Assembly (NCBI GenBank): GCA_938074535.1
Contig: CALJER010000008.1
Location: 44,954 to 108,953 of the forward strand
Direction: 5' to 3'
DNA: 64,000 nucleotides
Origin: an uncultured archaeon
Lineage (GTDB): Archaea > Hadarchaeota > Hadarchaeia > Hadarchaeales > WYZ-LMO6
The notes beneath the pieces were generated by a model, which worked only from the letters and a program-made list of their open reading frames with translations, was not told the origin of the DNA and did not search any database. Positions 33,582-43,015 of the stretch are shown piece by piece. The position numbers were made by a program, and so were the translations under genes. How positions within the stretch are numbered: the stretch's first letter is position 1; each line of letters starts with the position of its first letter.

Positions 33582-34823
33582 TCACCTCGGAGAGTCACCC
33601 AGCACCGTCACCGTGGTGTAGTTCGTCACTCCCCCCCATCCGTGGGCCACGGCGTTCCTGACCTCCTTCGGGACCTGGTGCTCCTCGGCCTTTCCCATCA
33701 CCTGCAGAGCGGCTTCCAGGATCCTCTGTAAGGCGGAAGACCCTATGGCGTTCGTGGCGAGAACCCCCCCGGAGGGATCCGTCGGCATTCTGCCGTCGAT
33801 CTCCATTTCCCCCTCCTCGAGGGCCACCCAGGCCTTTCCCTCGTCAAAAAGCCCCAGCCTCTCGGCGAAGATGAGCTCCTGACTTGGGAAGGGCTGGTAA
33901 ATCTCAGCCACATCTATCTCCCTCTTCGGATCCGTTATTCCCGCCATCCTGTAGGCCTTCATCGCGGAAACCCTGCACCCCATCTGCTCGGAGGCGTCAA
34001 GGATGCCCACTCCCCCGTAGCTCTCGCTCATGAGCTGGTTTTCCTCGTCGGAGTAGGACGCAAGCCCCTTAACCCAGGCTTTGTCCTCTTTCTTCTTTGC
34101 GATATCCTCGGCCGCCACCACAATGGCAGAAGCGCCATCACTCGCGGGGCAGATGTGTCCGAACCTGAAGGGATACGCCACCATCTCGGTCTTTGCTATG
34201 TCCTCCGGGGTGCACCCTGGCCACTGAAGGTGTGCGTACTTGTTCTTCGCGGCGTTTCTCCTGCTCTTTGCAGCCACCATGTCGAAGTGCTCGATTCTAC
34301 ACCCGGATCTGTGCATGTAGAACATCGCCTGGTAGACGGCGACCCCCGCAGCGGCCCCCACGACGGTGGTGGCCACCAGACTCTTGAGGTTCATCCCGTA
34401 GTTGAAGGCATGGAAGAAATTGGCAAGAGCCACGTGCAGGAGACCGGTGGTTGCCCCGGGCTCTTTGCTGTCGGAATGCTTCTCCCAGGCCACGGCCAGG
34501 ACTTTGTCGTACATCCCCGAGGCCACCGCATAGATGGCCCCCTGCCCCACCGATCCCCCTGTGGTTCCACCCGTGGCTATTCTCATAACGGGCTTTCCCG
34601 GGGCGCCTATCCAATCCCCAATCCACTGGTCTGGCTGGGCGACGCCGCCGAACCCCTGCATGTTCCCCACCACGATGGCGTCAATCTCCTCTGGGGTTAC
34701 CTGGGCATCCTCCATGGCCCTCCAGGCTGCCTCTTCAATCATTTCAGGCAGGCTGACATCCCTTCTCTTGCTCGAATGCTTGGTCTGTCCGCATCCTATT
34801 ATGGCGACATTCCTGAACATCAT
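33582..34823 (-). CDS. Thiolase-fold (SCP-x/Ltp3-like) protein lacking catalytic Cys and His
   Basis: VAIIGCGQT, ATGGTTGGS at the Cys site, CPASDGA, DVAEIY, PSGGVLATNAIGSS at the His site. Confidence 0.88.
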   Translation of the reverse strand: MMFRNVAIIGCGQTKHSSKRRDVSLPEMIEEAAWRAMEDAQVTPEEIDAIVVGNMQGFGGVAQPDQWIGDWIGAPGKPVMRIATGGTTGGSVGQGAIYAVASGMYDKVLAVAWEKHSDSKEPGATTGLLHVALANFFHAFNYGMNLKSLVATTVVGAAAGVAVYQAMFYMHRSGCRIEHFDMVAAKSRRNAAKNKYAHLQWPGCTPEDIAKTEMVAYPFRFGHICPASDGASAIVVAAEDIAKKKEDKAWVKGLASYSDEENQLMSESYGGVGILDASEQMGCRVSAMKAYRMAGITDPKREIDVAEIYQPFPSQELIFAERLGLFDEGKAWVALEEGEMEIDGRMPTDPSGGVLATNAIGSSALQRILEAALQVMGKAEEHQVPKEVRNAVAHGWGGVTNYTTVTVLGDSPR

Positions 34824-35965
34824 CCCTCACCCCCAAGAATGAAAACCCAGTTCTTCTGGGCACACATCCCGAACTGGCCGTGAGCCAGGGCCCTTCGCAC
34901 ACCCGGAATCTGGTACTCACCCGCCTCGCCCCTTATTTGCTTGGCGGCCTCCACCATCCTCACCAGGCCCGTCGCGCAAACCGGATCGGCCGCGAGAGCC
35001 CCACCGCTGGGGTTAACGGGGATTTCACCGCCCTTCTCCGTTGCCCCCCTCTCCAAGAGGACCTTGCCCTTGCCCCTCCTGCAGAGGCCCAGGGCCTCGT
35101 ATATCATCAGCTCCTCGTGGGCAAATTTTTCCGAAACTTCGAAGACGTCAAGCTCCGCGTAGGGATCCCTTATCCCCGCCATCTCATAGGCATCCTTTGC
35201 CGCCTTACGCAGGGAATCAAGCTCGAGGAGGTTCCTGTCACGGAGGTAGAAGTCCTGGCAGACGCCTACCCCCTCTATCCAGACGGGAGTGTCGGTGATC
35301 TCCTTTGCCTTTTCTTCCGAGGCCAGAACCAGGGCACAGGCGCCGTCGCTGATGGGGGACATCATCAACTCCCTTATGGGATGGTAATAAAGTTTGGAGC
35401 CGAGCACCTCCTCCACAGTCAGGTCCGGCATCCTCCTCTGGGCAAAGGGGTTCTTCGCGGCATTCGAGAGATTCTTGACGGAAACCATCGCGATTTCCTC
35501 TTCGGAGACTCCGTAGGAGGACATGTACATCCTAGCTTGGATAGCAGCGGCTGAAACATCGTTGAGAACTCCTATCTGCCTGTCAAAGAGGGGATCCAAA
35601 GTGTAGAAGGATACTTGGTGTGGGTTGAAGGTCGACCCCTGAGTGTGGGCCTCCACCAGAGCTACGTCATGTACACCGGAGAGAATCCTCATGAAAGCGT
35701 ACCAAGCCGCGGAGGTACCATCTTCCTCTGTTTTCGATTCGTCCTTCAGGTAGGCCCCCACCGCCATGCTGAGAAAAACGCTTGAAATGGTCCTGCCGTC
35801 CAGAAAGTCCGTGGAGGCCGTGACCACGGTATCCACCTCCCCGCGCGTGATTCCCGCGTGCGAGAGGGCCTCTTTGACAACCTCAAAAACCATGTCCTCC
35901 CTGGTCTTTTGCATATCGAACTGATGTTGGGTCTGAGCGTAGCCCACTATGGCGACTCTCCTCAA
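34820..35965 (-). CDS. Thiolase-fold (Ltp4-like) protein lacking catalytic Cys and His
   Basis: VAIVGYAQT, DFLDGRTIS, ESKTEEDG, PISDGA, NPSGGALAADP, ALAHG..G.CAQKN. Confidence 0.88.
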   Translation of the reverse strand: MRRVAIVGYAQTQHQFDMQKTREDMVFEVVKEALSHAGITRGEVDTVVTASTDFLDGRTISSVFLSMAVGAYLKDESKTEEDGTSAAWYAFMRILSGVHDVALVEAHTQGSTFNPHQVSFYTLDPLFDRQIGVLNDVSAAAIQARMYMSSYGVSEEEIAMVSVKNLSNAAKNPFAQRRMPDLTVEEVLGSKLYYHPIRELMMSPISDGACALVLASEEKAKEITDTPVWIEGVGVCQDFYLRDRNLLELDSLRKAAKDAYEMAGIRDPYAELDVFEVSEKFAHEELMIYEALGLCRRGKGKVLLERGATEKGGEIPVNPSGGALAADPVCATGLVRMVEAAKQIRGEAGEYQIPGVRRALAHGQFGMCAQKNWVFILGGEG

Positions 35966-35969
35966 AGGC

Positions 35970-36446
35970 TCACCTCGAGGGTTTGAAGTATTCTATGTCC
36001 GCCAGCTCGCCTCTGGTTGCCTCTCTCCATTTCGGCTCCACTTCCATTCCCTCCCTCACCCCCTCGGGGTCTATCTCTCCAATCGGCATGAAGATCGTGG
36101 AATCGGCTCCTTCCAGCTTTATGGCCCCTATCACCCTTGGTTTTTCCAGGTCCACAAAATTCCCCTCCCCATCCAGCCCAACATAGGCCGTGGTGTAACC
36201 GACCAGAACCCCCCTTCCGGAAAGCTCTACCAAGTTTTTCTCCCCAAGCTTGGTCAAGCATTTTCCACACCTCGACCTGGGCGGCACGTAGGTGTACCCA
36301 CAGCTGGGGCACTTCGCCCCCAGAAGTTTCTTTTCGGCGAGTGACTTTATGAATCTCTCCATCAGAAAGCCCGTGGACCACTTGAACCGTGCAACGAAAG
36401 GCAGACCCTTTACTCGAACTATCCCTTCCCTCTCCAAATGCAACAA
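35970..36446 (-). CDS. DUF35 Zn-ribbon/OB-fold protein
   Basis: CPSC...PPRSRCGKC, GMEVEPKW, DIEYFKP. Confidence 0.9.
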   Translation of the reverse strand: MLHLEREGIVRVKGLPFVARFKWSTGFLMERFIKSLAEKKLLGAKCPSCGYTYVPPRSRCGKCLTKLGEKNLVELSGRGVLVGYTTAYVGLDGEGNFVDLEKPRVIGAIKLEGADSTIFMPIGEIDPEGVREGMEVEPKWREATRGELADIEYFKPSR

Positions 36447-36534
36447 AAAAAGTCGCCTAACCCCTTTAATAAGCCTTTCGGAAGCCGGCGGTCCAAGAGC
36501 TATTTAAGCCCCAACACGGAGAGCTGTTTGGGGA

Positions 36535-38544
36535 ATGGTCTCAGATTCTTTCTCCAGGTACAGACAAAAGTACTCAGACGGCAACAGAAGAAACAACACT
36601 TGGGGCGCCAGACTTGAGATGCTCGCCCACGTGATCCCGGACAGGAGCGCCTTCATCCAAGGAGAGAGGGAAGTGACTTGGGGGCACTTCAACGAGCGAG
36701 TTAACATGTTGGCAAACGCGTTTTTGGACCTCGGGATAAAAAAGGAAGAGAGGGTGGCCATAGTGGGCTTCAACTGCATTGAGTGGATGGAAACTTACTT
36801 CGCCGCTTCCAAGATAGGGGCCGTGCCGGTTAATGTGAACCCCAGGTTCGTTCCGGAGGAGGTCAGGTACATCCTCGAGAACTCGGACTCGGCGGCGGTG
36901 GTTCTGGAAGGCGAATTCCTCGAAACCGTAGAAAAGGCCTGCCGGGGTCTCTCCTCGGTGAGGCACTGCATCGTTTGGGAAGGGAGTCCCCCAGAGGGGA
37001 TGCTGAGCTATGAAGAACTTCTAAAAAACCGCCCCCCCACCGAACCCGAGCTTGGGTGGGAGGTGACCAACGAAGATTTCTGCTTTCTCTTTTACACGGG
37101 AGGAACGACCGGATATCCTAAGGGAACCGTGTGGGATTATGAAAGCAGGGTGAGGGGCTTGGATATGCTGCTTTATCACGCCATGACGCCCCTTCTGGAA
37201 AATCTGGCCAAGATGCCGGAAGGTTCATACGTTGGAACCATAAACACCCTTATCCCGCCCGAAGCAGCTGAATTCTTGCTGCCCACTTTTCAAACACCTC
37301 CCGAGTTCGAACCATGGCTGGAGCTAATCAAAACTCTGTACCCTCCCGGGTTTGAGCCCGAGGCTGAAAAGCTCACGCGATCCCTCGTGGAACTTCTCCG
37401 GTCAGTACCGGAGCCGGTAAGGGAAAAAATGATGCGGCTGATGAACACGCCGGCAGAAGAACGCGGCACCACGCAGGAAATCTTCCGCGATCCAGCCGTC
37501 GTACACTTTTTGAAGGAAACCTTCAGAGTGCTTCTCGGCACACCGCTCGCTTACCTGCTCAACGGCTCGAGGGTAAGAATTCTGATTGCCGCACCTTTGT
37601 TCCACGGTGCAGCCTATGAAGCCAATTTTGCGTACATCGGCACTTCCGGTGCCACAAGCGTTTACCTCACCTCCCATCGCTTTAACCCGAGAGAACTTTG
37701 GGAAACTGCGGAGAGGAGAAAAGTTAATTATATCCTCATAGTGGGGGACGCCTTTGCCATTCCCATGGCCGAGGAGCTGGAAAGAAGGAGATACGATCTC
37801 GGCTCGCTAGCGGGCATCATCTCATCCGGAGTCACCTGGTCCCCCAAAATCAAGAAAAAGCTGCTCGCACACATGCCCAGAGGCCTGGCGCTGGACGAAC
37901 TGGGGACTACGGAGTTCAGCGGTGCCCACTCCCACATCTCCACTCCTGCGGATGAAGAGATACCTGACCTCAGAATAAAAATCTCTTCGAACGGGGCCTA
38001 TCCCTGCCGGGTCGTCGATCCGGAAACGTGCGCAGACACCAAGCCTGGAGAGAGGGGGGAACTCATTTACGGAGGCTATATGGCCCTGGGATACTGGAAG
38101 GATCCGGAAAGAACCGCCAAATATTTCAGGTGGATAGACGGCAGACGCTGGTTCTTCACCGGGGATGAAGGAATTGTCGATGAGGACGGATACTTTCATT
38201 TCATAGGGAGGGGTGCTCTCGTGATCAACACCGGCGGAGAAAAAGTCTATCCTGAAGAAGTTGAAGAAACCATCAAAACACATCCCAAGGTCAGGGATGC
38301 TATTGTGACGGGGGTTCCGGATGAAAAGTGGGGTGAGGCTGTCACGGCCCTCGTGGAGCTGAAGGTTGGAGAAGAGGCAAAAGCGGAAGAAATAGTGGAG
38401 TTCTGCAGGGGAAGGCTGGCGGGATACAAAAAACCAAGGCATGTGATCTTCGTGGAGAAAATTCCCAGATCCGCCAGCGGAAAAATAGAGAGGGGGGAGA
38501 TAAAGAAAATGGCGGAAAAAATACTTAAATCTGGGAAGTCCTAA
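36535..38544 (+). CDS. Acyl-CoA synthetase (FadD19-like) with a large internal insertion
   Basis: YTGGTTGYPKG, PLFHG, GYWKDPE, FTGD, INTGGEKVYPEEVE, AGYKKPR, SGK. Confidence 0.92.
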   Translation: MVSDSFSRYRQKYSDGNRRNNTWGARLEMLAHVIPDRSAFIQGEREVTWGHFNERVNMLANAFLDLGIKKEERVAIVGFNCIEWMETYFAASKIGAVPVNVNPRFVPEEVRYILENSDSAAVVLEGEFLETVEKACRGLSSVRHCIVWEGSPPEGMLSYEELLKNRPPTEPELGWEVTNEDFCFLFYTGGTTGYPKGTVWDYESRVRGLDMLLYHAMTPLLENLAKMPEGSYVGTINTLIPPEAAEFLLPTFQTPPEFEPWLELIKTLYPPGFEPEAEKLTRSLVELLRSVPEPVREKMMRLMNTPAEERGTTQEIFRDPAVVHFLKETFRVLLGTPLAYLLNGSRVRILIAAPLFHGAAYEANFAYIGTSGATSVYLTSHRFNPRELWETAERRKVNYILIVGDAFAIPMAEELERRRYDLGSLAGIISSGVTWSPKIKKKLLAHMPRGLALDELGTTEFSGAHSHISTPADEEIPDLRIKISSNGAYPCRVVDPETCADTKPGERGELIYGGYMALGYWKDPERTAKYFRWIDGRRWFFTGDEGIVDEDGYFHFIGRGALVINTGGEKVYPEEVEETIKTHPKVRDAIVTGVPDEKWGEAVTALVELKVGEEAKAEEIVEFCRGRLAGYKKPRHVIFVEKIPRSASGKIERGEIKKMAEKILKSGKS

Positions 38545-38551
38545 ATACTGC

Positions 38552-39775
38552 GTGAACTTTGAACTCACGGAAGAGCAATCGATATTCAGAAAAACCCTTC
38601 GGGAGTTTCTGGACAAAGAAATTTCCCCCATCGCGGACAAAAGGGACAGAAAGGGGCCCCTCACAAAGGAAGAGGTAATAGGATTTTACAAAAAGTTCAA
38701 GGAGATAGGACTGGGCTTCGACCCGGCGACGGCGAGAGTTTGGCTGAAGGACCCAATGTTCTTTGGGATTGCCGCGGAAGAGATAAGTCGCGTCTGGGCC
38801 AGCCTGTTCGCGGTTTGGGCGTACCAGATCTTTGCCTCCCTTGCTCCCCTAGCTTCTGAGGAAAGCGCGGAAAGGTTGGCTTCTAAACTGGAGAGGGCAG
38901 AGCTCGTCGGCTGCATGGCCGTGACCGAGCCAGGAGCCGGCTCCGACACCTCCAAACTCCAGACCACTGCGACCCTGGAAGGAGATCATTATGTCATCCA
39001 GGGAAGAAAGTGCTGGATAACCAACGCTCCCATAGCCGACGTGGCTCTGGTCGCGGCAACCGAAAAGGATACTGGAATGCAGAACTTTTTCTTCATCGAT
39101 CGGGAAGTTTCCCCCTTCGAAACGACCGAATTACATAAAATAGGTTGGAGAGCCGCGCCCACGGGCGAGATGTTTTTTGATAACTGCCGGGTACCCAAGG
39201 AGAACGCTTTAACGGAGATGCTCTCCAAAGCCTTCACGGAGAGGGAGGAGATGAGGCCCCCCCTCTTCGACCCAGAATCCGGGATAATGAAGTTGGCCAC
39301 GAAAATTAAACCCCTGAGCGCCATCTTTTGCTTCATGCGGACGGGGATGGCGCTGCAGGCGACAGGGATTTCGCAGGCGGCTCTGGACGCCTCGATGAAA
39401 TACGCAAAGGAGAGAACTCAGTTCGGCAAACCTATCGGGAAGTTCCAGCTCGTTCAGGAGCTACTTTATGAAATGACCGCCATAACGGAGTCCTCACGCC
39501 TTCTCGCATACCGGGCTTTGGATGTAGCGTGGAGGGGAGACCCCGAGGCGAGAAAGTGGTCTTCTTTGGCCAAATGTTACGCCTGTGAGGGCTGCATCAA
39601 AGTGACTTACAATGCGATACAGCTCCACGGCGGGATAGGTCTCTCGGAGGAACTTCCGCTGGAGAGATACTTCCGGGATGCCAGGATAATGACCATCGGT
39701 GACGGCACCACCGAAATTCAAAAAATGATCGTGGGGCGCGAACTCCTGGGCAAGGGATTCTCGGCCTACGCCTAG
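38552..39775 (+). CDS. Acyl-CoA dehydrogenase
   Basis: TEPGAGSD, KCWITN, RTQFGKPIGKFQLVQ, QLHGG.G, IGDGTTEIQ. Confidence 0.93.
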   Translation: MNFELTEEQSIFRKTLREFLDKEISPIADKRDRKGPLTKEEVIGFYKKFKEIGLGFDPATARVWLKDPMFFGIAAEEISRVWASLFAVWAYQIFASLAPLASEESAERLASKLERAELVGCMAVTEPGAGSDTSKLQTTATLEGDHYVIQGRKCWITNAPIADVALVAATEKDTGMQNFFFIDREVSPFETTELHKIGWRAAPTGEMFFDNCRVPKENALTEMLSKAFTEREEMRPPLFDPESGIMKLATKIKPLSAIFCFMRTGMALQATGISQAALDASMKYAKERTQFGKPIGKFQLVQELLYEMTAITESSRLLAYRALDVAWRGDPEARKWSSLAKCYACEGCIKVTYNAIQLHGGIGLSEELPLERYFRDARIMTIGDGTTEIQKMIVGRELLGKGFSAYA

Positions 39776-39788
39776 AAGCATCACCCGT

Positions 39789-40709
39789 TCATTTGCTGGA
39801 CGGTCGGGGCAGGCTGAAAAAGAAAGTCCCTTCCCTTTTCACCACCTTTACCCTTCTTTCATTCTGCAGTTTAACGAGGTGGGCCAGGACAGAATTGTAT
39901 GTAAAATACGGAAATCCCCCCTCCGGATAGACCGAGTTGACGAGCTCCGAAAGGTCTTTCTCACCCTCCCCCAGAATTTCCAGCAACTTTTGTTCCGTCC
40001 TGAATTTTTGCTGAAGGATCCCGTCTATTCTCTTGTGGACCTCCCCCACCTCCCCACCATGTGAAAGAAAGGCCTTGTCTATCCTCAGCTTTTTTAGACG
40101 CTGGAGCGATTCCAAGAATTCCTCCAGGCTGCCCTGTAGGCACCCTACGAAGGGCGTCCCCCTGACCGTGATCATGTCCCCGGCGAATATGGTGCGGCTC
40201 TCCCCTTCGTAAAGACAAATGTGCCCCGGTGCATGACCGGGCGTGTGAAGAACTTTTAGGGAGAGGTCAGCCGCTCCAATGGAGTCTCCTTCCCTCAATC
40301 TCATGTCGACCTTTGCCGTCTTCACTTTCTCGTAAATGGAAGCTCGCATTCTGGCATGATCCGCGATTATGCCAGGCATCTCGCTCAGCACTTCCTCTGG
40401 TGGGAGCTGTTTTTTCATGTCCTCTATCAAAGGCGCGGCTACTTCATGCGCCGCTATCTTAACCCCGGCTCTCTCCTTTATGGAGGCGTTCCCACCGAAA
40501 TGGTCGATATGCTCATGGGTGTTCACGATCATGGAGACGTCGCTCAAATCGAACCCTATTTCCTCCAATTGAGAGGAGAGTTCTCCCACCGATTCCTCAT
40601 ATCCGCTGTCTATCAAAACCGGCGTTTCGCTCTCTACTAAGAAGGCATTTACCCTCTGCAGACCCGGGAAGCTTGGCTCGAGCGATATCGTGTGTACGCG
40701 CAGCCCCAT
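39789..40709 (-). CDS. Metallo-beta-lactamase-fold hydrolase with C-terminal wHTH-like region
   Basis: THEHIDHFG, TPGHAPGH, AGD, SHG. Confidence 0.9.
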   Translation of the reverse strand: MGLRVHTISLEPSFPGLQRVNAFLVESETPVLIDSGYEESVGELSSQLEEIGFDLSDVSMIVNTHEHIDHFGGNASIKERAGVKIAAHEVAAPLIEDMKKQLPPEEVLSEMPGIIADHARMRASIYEKVKTAKVDMRLREGDSIGAADLSLKVLHTPGHAPGHICLYEGESRTIFAGDMITVRGTPFVGCLQGSLEEFLESLQRLKKLRIDKAFLSHGGEVGEVHKRIDGILQQKFRTEQKLLEILGEGEKDLSELVNSVYPEGGFPYFTYNSVLAHLVKLQNERRVKVVKREGTFFFSLPRPSSK

Positions 40710-40801
40710 CTCGGACTCACCACTTTTCTTCTCACCGCTACTTAAATTTGCGGACAGGATCGGGAAGAAAAGCTTTTTATACTGCGGGGCCCGGGAAAAA
40801 T

Positions 40802-41878
40802 GTGATAAAAACCAGACTTTGTGACCTCCTGGAAATAAAACACCCCATCATCCAAGGGGGCATGGGGCCCTTCCAAACGAACAAGCTAGCAGTTGCGGTT
40901 GCAAACGCCGGAGCGCTCGGGGTTATAAGCACCAGCGGAATCGTGCTCAAGAGCATGGGCGTGGATCTAGGCCCCCTTGCACCCGAAGGGGGTGACCCCT
41001 ACGAGGTGTTGAGAAGAATCATCCACCAAACCGTGGAAGCCACGGAAGAGCACGGAAAAATCGGAATAAACGTGATGGTCTCGGCCGAAATGATGGACGC
41101 TGCGAGGGAGCTCGTACGGGCCGCCGTCGACGCCAGGGGCGAGAACCCCTCGGTCCAAAAAAAGCTGAAGGCGATAATCACCTCGGCGGGTGACCCTCTG
41201 CCCTGGACCGACGTGATAAAGCCCTCCGGCCTCACATGGCTGCACGTAGTTCCCTCGGTTCGCGCGGCCAAAAGGTGTGAAAAGGCGGGAGTAGACGTGA
41301 TAATAGCCTCGGGACAAGAGGGAGGGGGACACACCGCTTGGGAGCCGGTTCACTCGATGGTTTTGATCCCAGCTGTCGTCGAGGCCGTCAAAACTCCAGT
41401 GGTAGGGGCGGGAGGATTCGCGGACGGGGCTTCCCTGGTAGCGGCTTTGGCCCTGGGGGCTGTGGGAGTCCAGATGGGTACAAGATTCGTAGCGACCAAG
41501 GAAGCCGACTTCGTGCAGATGTGGAAGGAAAGAATAGTGAAAAGTGGGGAAAGAGACACGATCATCGCAAGGGGTTTTGTGGGACCCTTGAGGTATCTGA
41601 AGAATAAGGCCTCCGTCGAACTCGCTGAACAGACGCTGGAAAAAATTCCCAACCTGTTTTTGGGGCGTCCGGACGTCTCCCTGGATCCCGAAATCCTCAG
41701 CAAAGAGCTTGAGGGAACCATGGCCCTCCTGGGGGATGATGATGAGAGGGCCCTGTTTTACGGCGGGGAGGTCGCGGGGAGGATATCCGACATACCCACC
41801 GCCAGGGAACTCATTGAGAGGATAGTGAGAGAAGCGGAAGAAATTTTGAGGGAAATGCCAAAAAAATTCCTGAGATAG
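40802..41878 (+). CDS. FMN-dependent nitronate monooxygenase / FabK-like enoyl reductase
   Basis: PIIQGGMG, GQEGGGH, AGGFADG, GVQMGTRF. GTG at 40802. Confidence 0.9.
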   Translation: MIKTRLCDLLEIKHPIIQGGMGPFQTNKLAVAVANAGALGVISTSGIVLKSMGVDLGPLAPEGGDPYEVLRRIIHQTVEATEEHGKIGINVMVSAEMMDAARELVRAAVDARGENPSVQKKLKAIITSAGDPLPWTDVIKPSGLTWLHVVPSVRAAKRCEKAGVDVIIASGQEGGGHTAWEPVHSMVLIPAVVEAVKTPVVGAGGFADGASLVAALALGAVGVQMGTRFVATKEADFVQMWKERIVKSGERDTIIARGFVGPLRYLKNKASVELAEQTLEKIPNLFLGRPDVSLDPEILSKELEGTMALLGDDDERALFYGGEVAGRISDIPTARELIERIVREAEEILREMPKKFLR

Positions 41879-41998
41879 ACGGGGCAGGATACTCGGCTAC
41901 CCACGTCTGGTCCATCCGGCTCGACGCCGATTCGAGAGCGGATGCTGGCAGGATGGTTCCGTAGAAATGCTTATACGCTTCCCCTGCAGGATTTTTTG

Positions 41999-42922
41999 AT
42001 GGAGAAACTGATCATCACCGCGGCAGTGACCGGGGGGGAGTTTGTTTCCAAGCTGCAAACCGAATATGTTCCCTGCACTGTGGACGAAATAGTTGAGGAA
42101 GTTATCAGGTGCAGGAAGGCGGGCGCCTCGGTGGTTCACCTGCATGCCAAAGATCCCGAAACCGGCAGACCCCATCCGGATCCCAATTCAGTTTTTCCGG
42201 AATACATCAGAAGAATAAGGGAAAGCGAGGCTTCGGACATCATAATCAATGTGACTACGGGTGGGGGAAGGCCCCTTCCTAGAGAGATGGCCGAGCTGTT
42301 CGGTATCGAGCAAAAGTACACCCCAGAGGAGTATGAGAGGATGGTGGACAAGTGGATGGAGGAGCGAATGAAGTTCGGTCAAGAGATGTCCTCGCTCAAC
42401 ATGGGATCGATAAACATCTGGGAGGACATGGGGCTGGAGCCCCTGAGGGACTTCGTGTTCAGCAACCCCATCTCCAGAATCGAGCGATGGGCAAAATACA
42501 TGTACGAGAACAACGTAAAACCAGAACTCGAGATTTACGACACGGGCATGATAAACACGGCCAAAGCCTTGGTGAGGGAGGGAAAACTGAAGGAGCCTTT
42601 ACATGTCCAGTTCGTCCTCGCCGGGGGGATGAGCTGTATGTCGCCAACGCCGAAAACTCTGTTGTACTGTGTTGAAAGCATTCCCCAGAACTGGACCTGG
42701 TCGGTTTGTGCGACCGGAAGATATGAGATGGAGATGGGAACACTGGCAGTTATCCTCGGCGGCCACGTGAGGGTCGGGATGGAGGACAACATATACCTGG
42801 AGAAAGGAGTCCTCGCAAAAAGCAACGCTGAACTCGTTGCCAAGATCGCTCGGATAGCCAAGGAACTTGGAAGAGAAACAGCCACTCCCGACGAGGCAAG
42901 GAAAATTCTGGGCTTGAGATAA
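41999..42922 (+). CDS. Beta-keto acid cleavage enzyme (BKACE / DUF849, Kce family)
   Basis: KLIITAAVTG, GASVVHLH, KPELEIYD, GHVRVGMEDN, ATPDEARKIL. Confidence 0.93.
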   Translation: MEKLIITAAVTGGEFVSKLQTEYVPCTVDEIVEEVIRCRKAGASVVHLHAKDPETGRPHPDPNSVFPEYIRRIRESEASDIIINVTTGGGRPLPREMAELFGIEQKYTPEEYERMVDKWMEERMKFGQEMSSLNMGSINIWEDMGLEPLRDFVFSNPISRIERWAKYMYENNVKPELEIYDTGMINTAKALVREGKLKEPLHVQFVLAGGMSCMSPTPKTLLYCVESIPQNWTWSVCATGRYEMEMGTLAVILGGHVRVGMEDNIYLEKGVLAKSNAELVAKIARIAKELGRETATPDEARKILGLR

Positions 42923-43015
42923 CTGCCCGGAAAGCAGGCGCGGATCCCGAAGGACCGTTCAGCGATGGCTCCCCAGCCCCGGGCGGTGCGGACCTGGAAA
43001 GAGGTTCAACCTGCT

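Noticed and set aside
33582-35965. Mevalonate-pathway acetoacetyl-CoA thiolase / DUF35 complex
   Set aside because: No catalytic Cys and no adjacent HMG-CoA synthase.
41905-41950. Hairpin CATCCG..CTCGA / TCGAG..CGGATG upstream of BKACE as a riboswitch
   Set aside because: It lies upstream of the likely TATA (CTTATA near 41970), matches no riboswitch consensus I recognise, and such stems arise by chance at this GC content.
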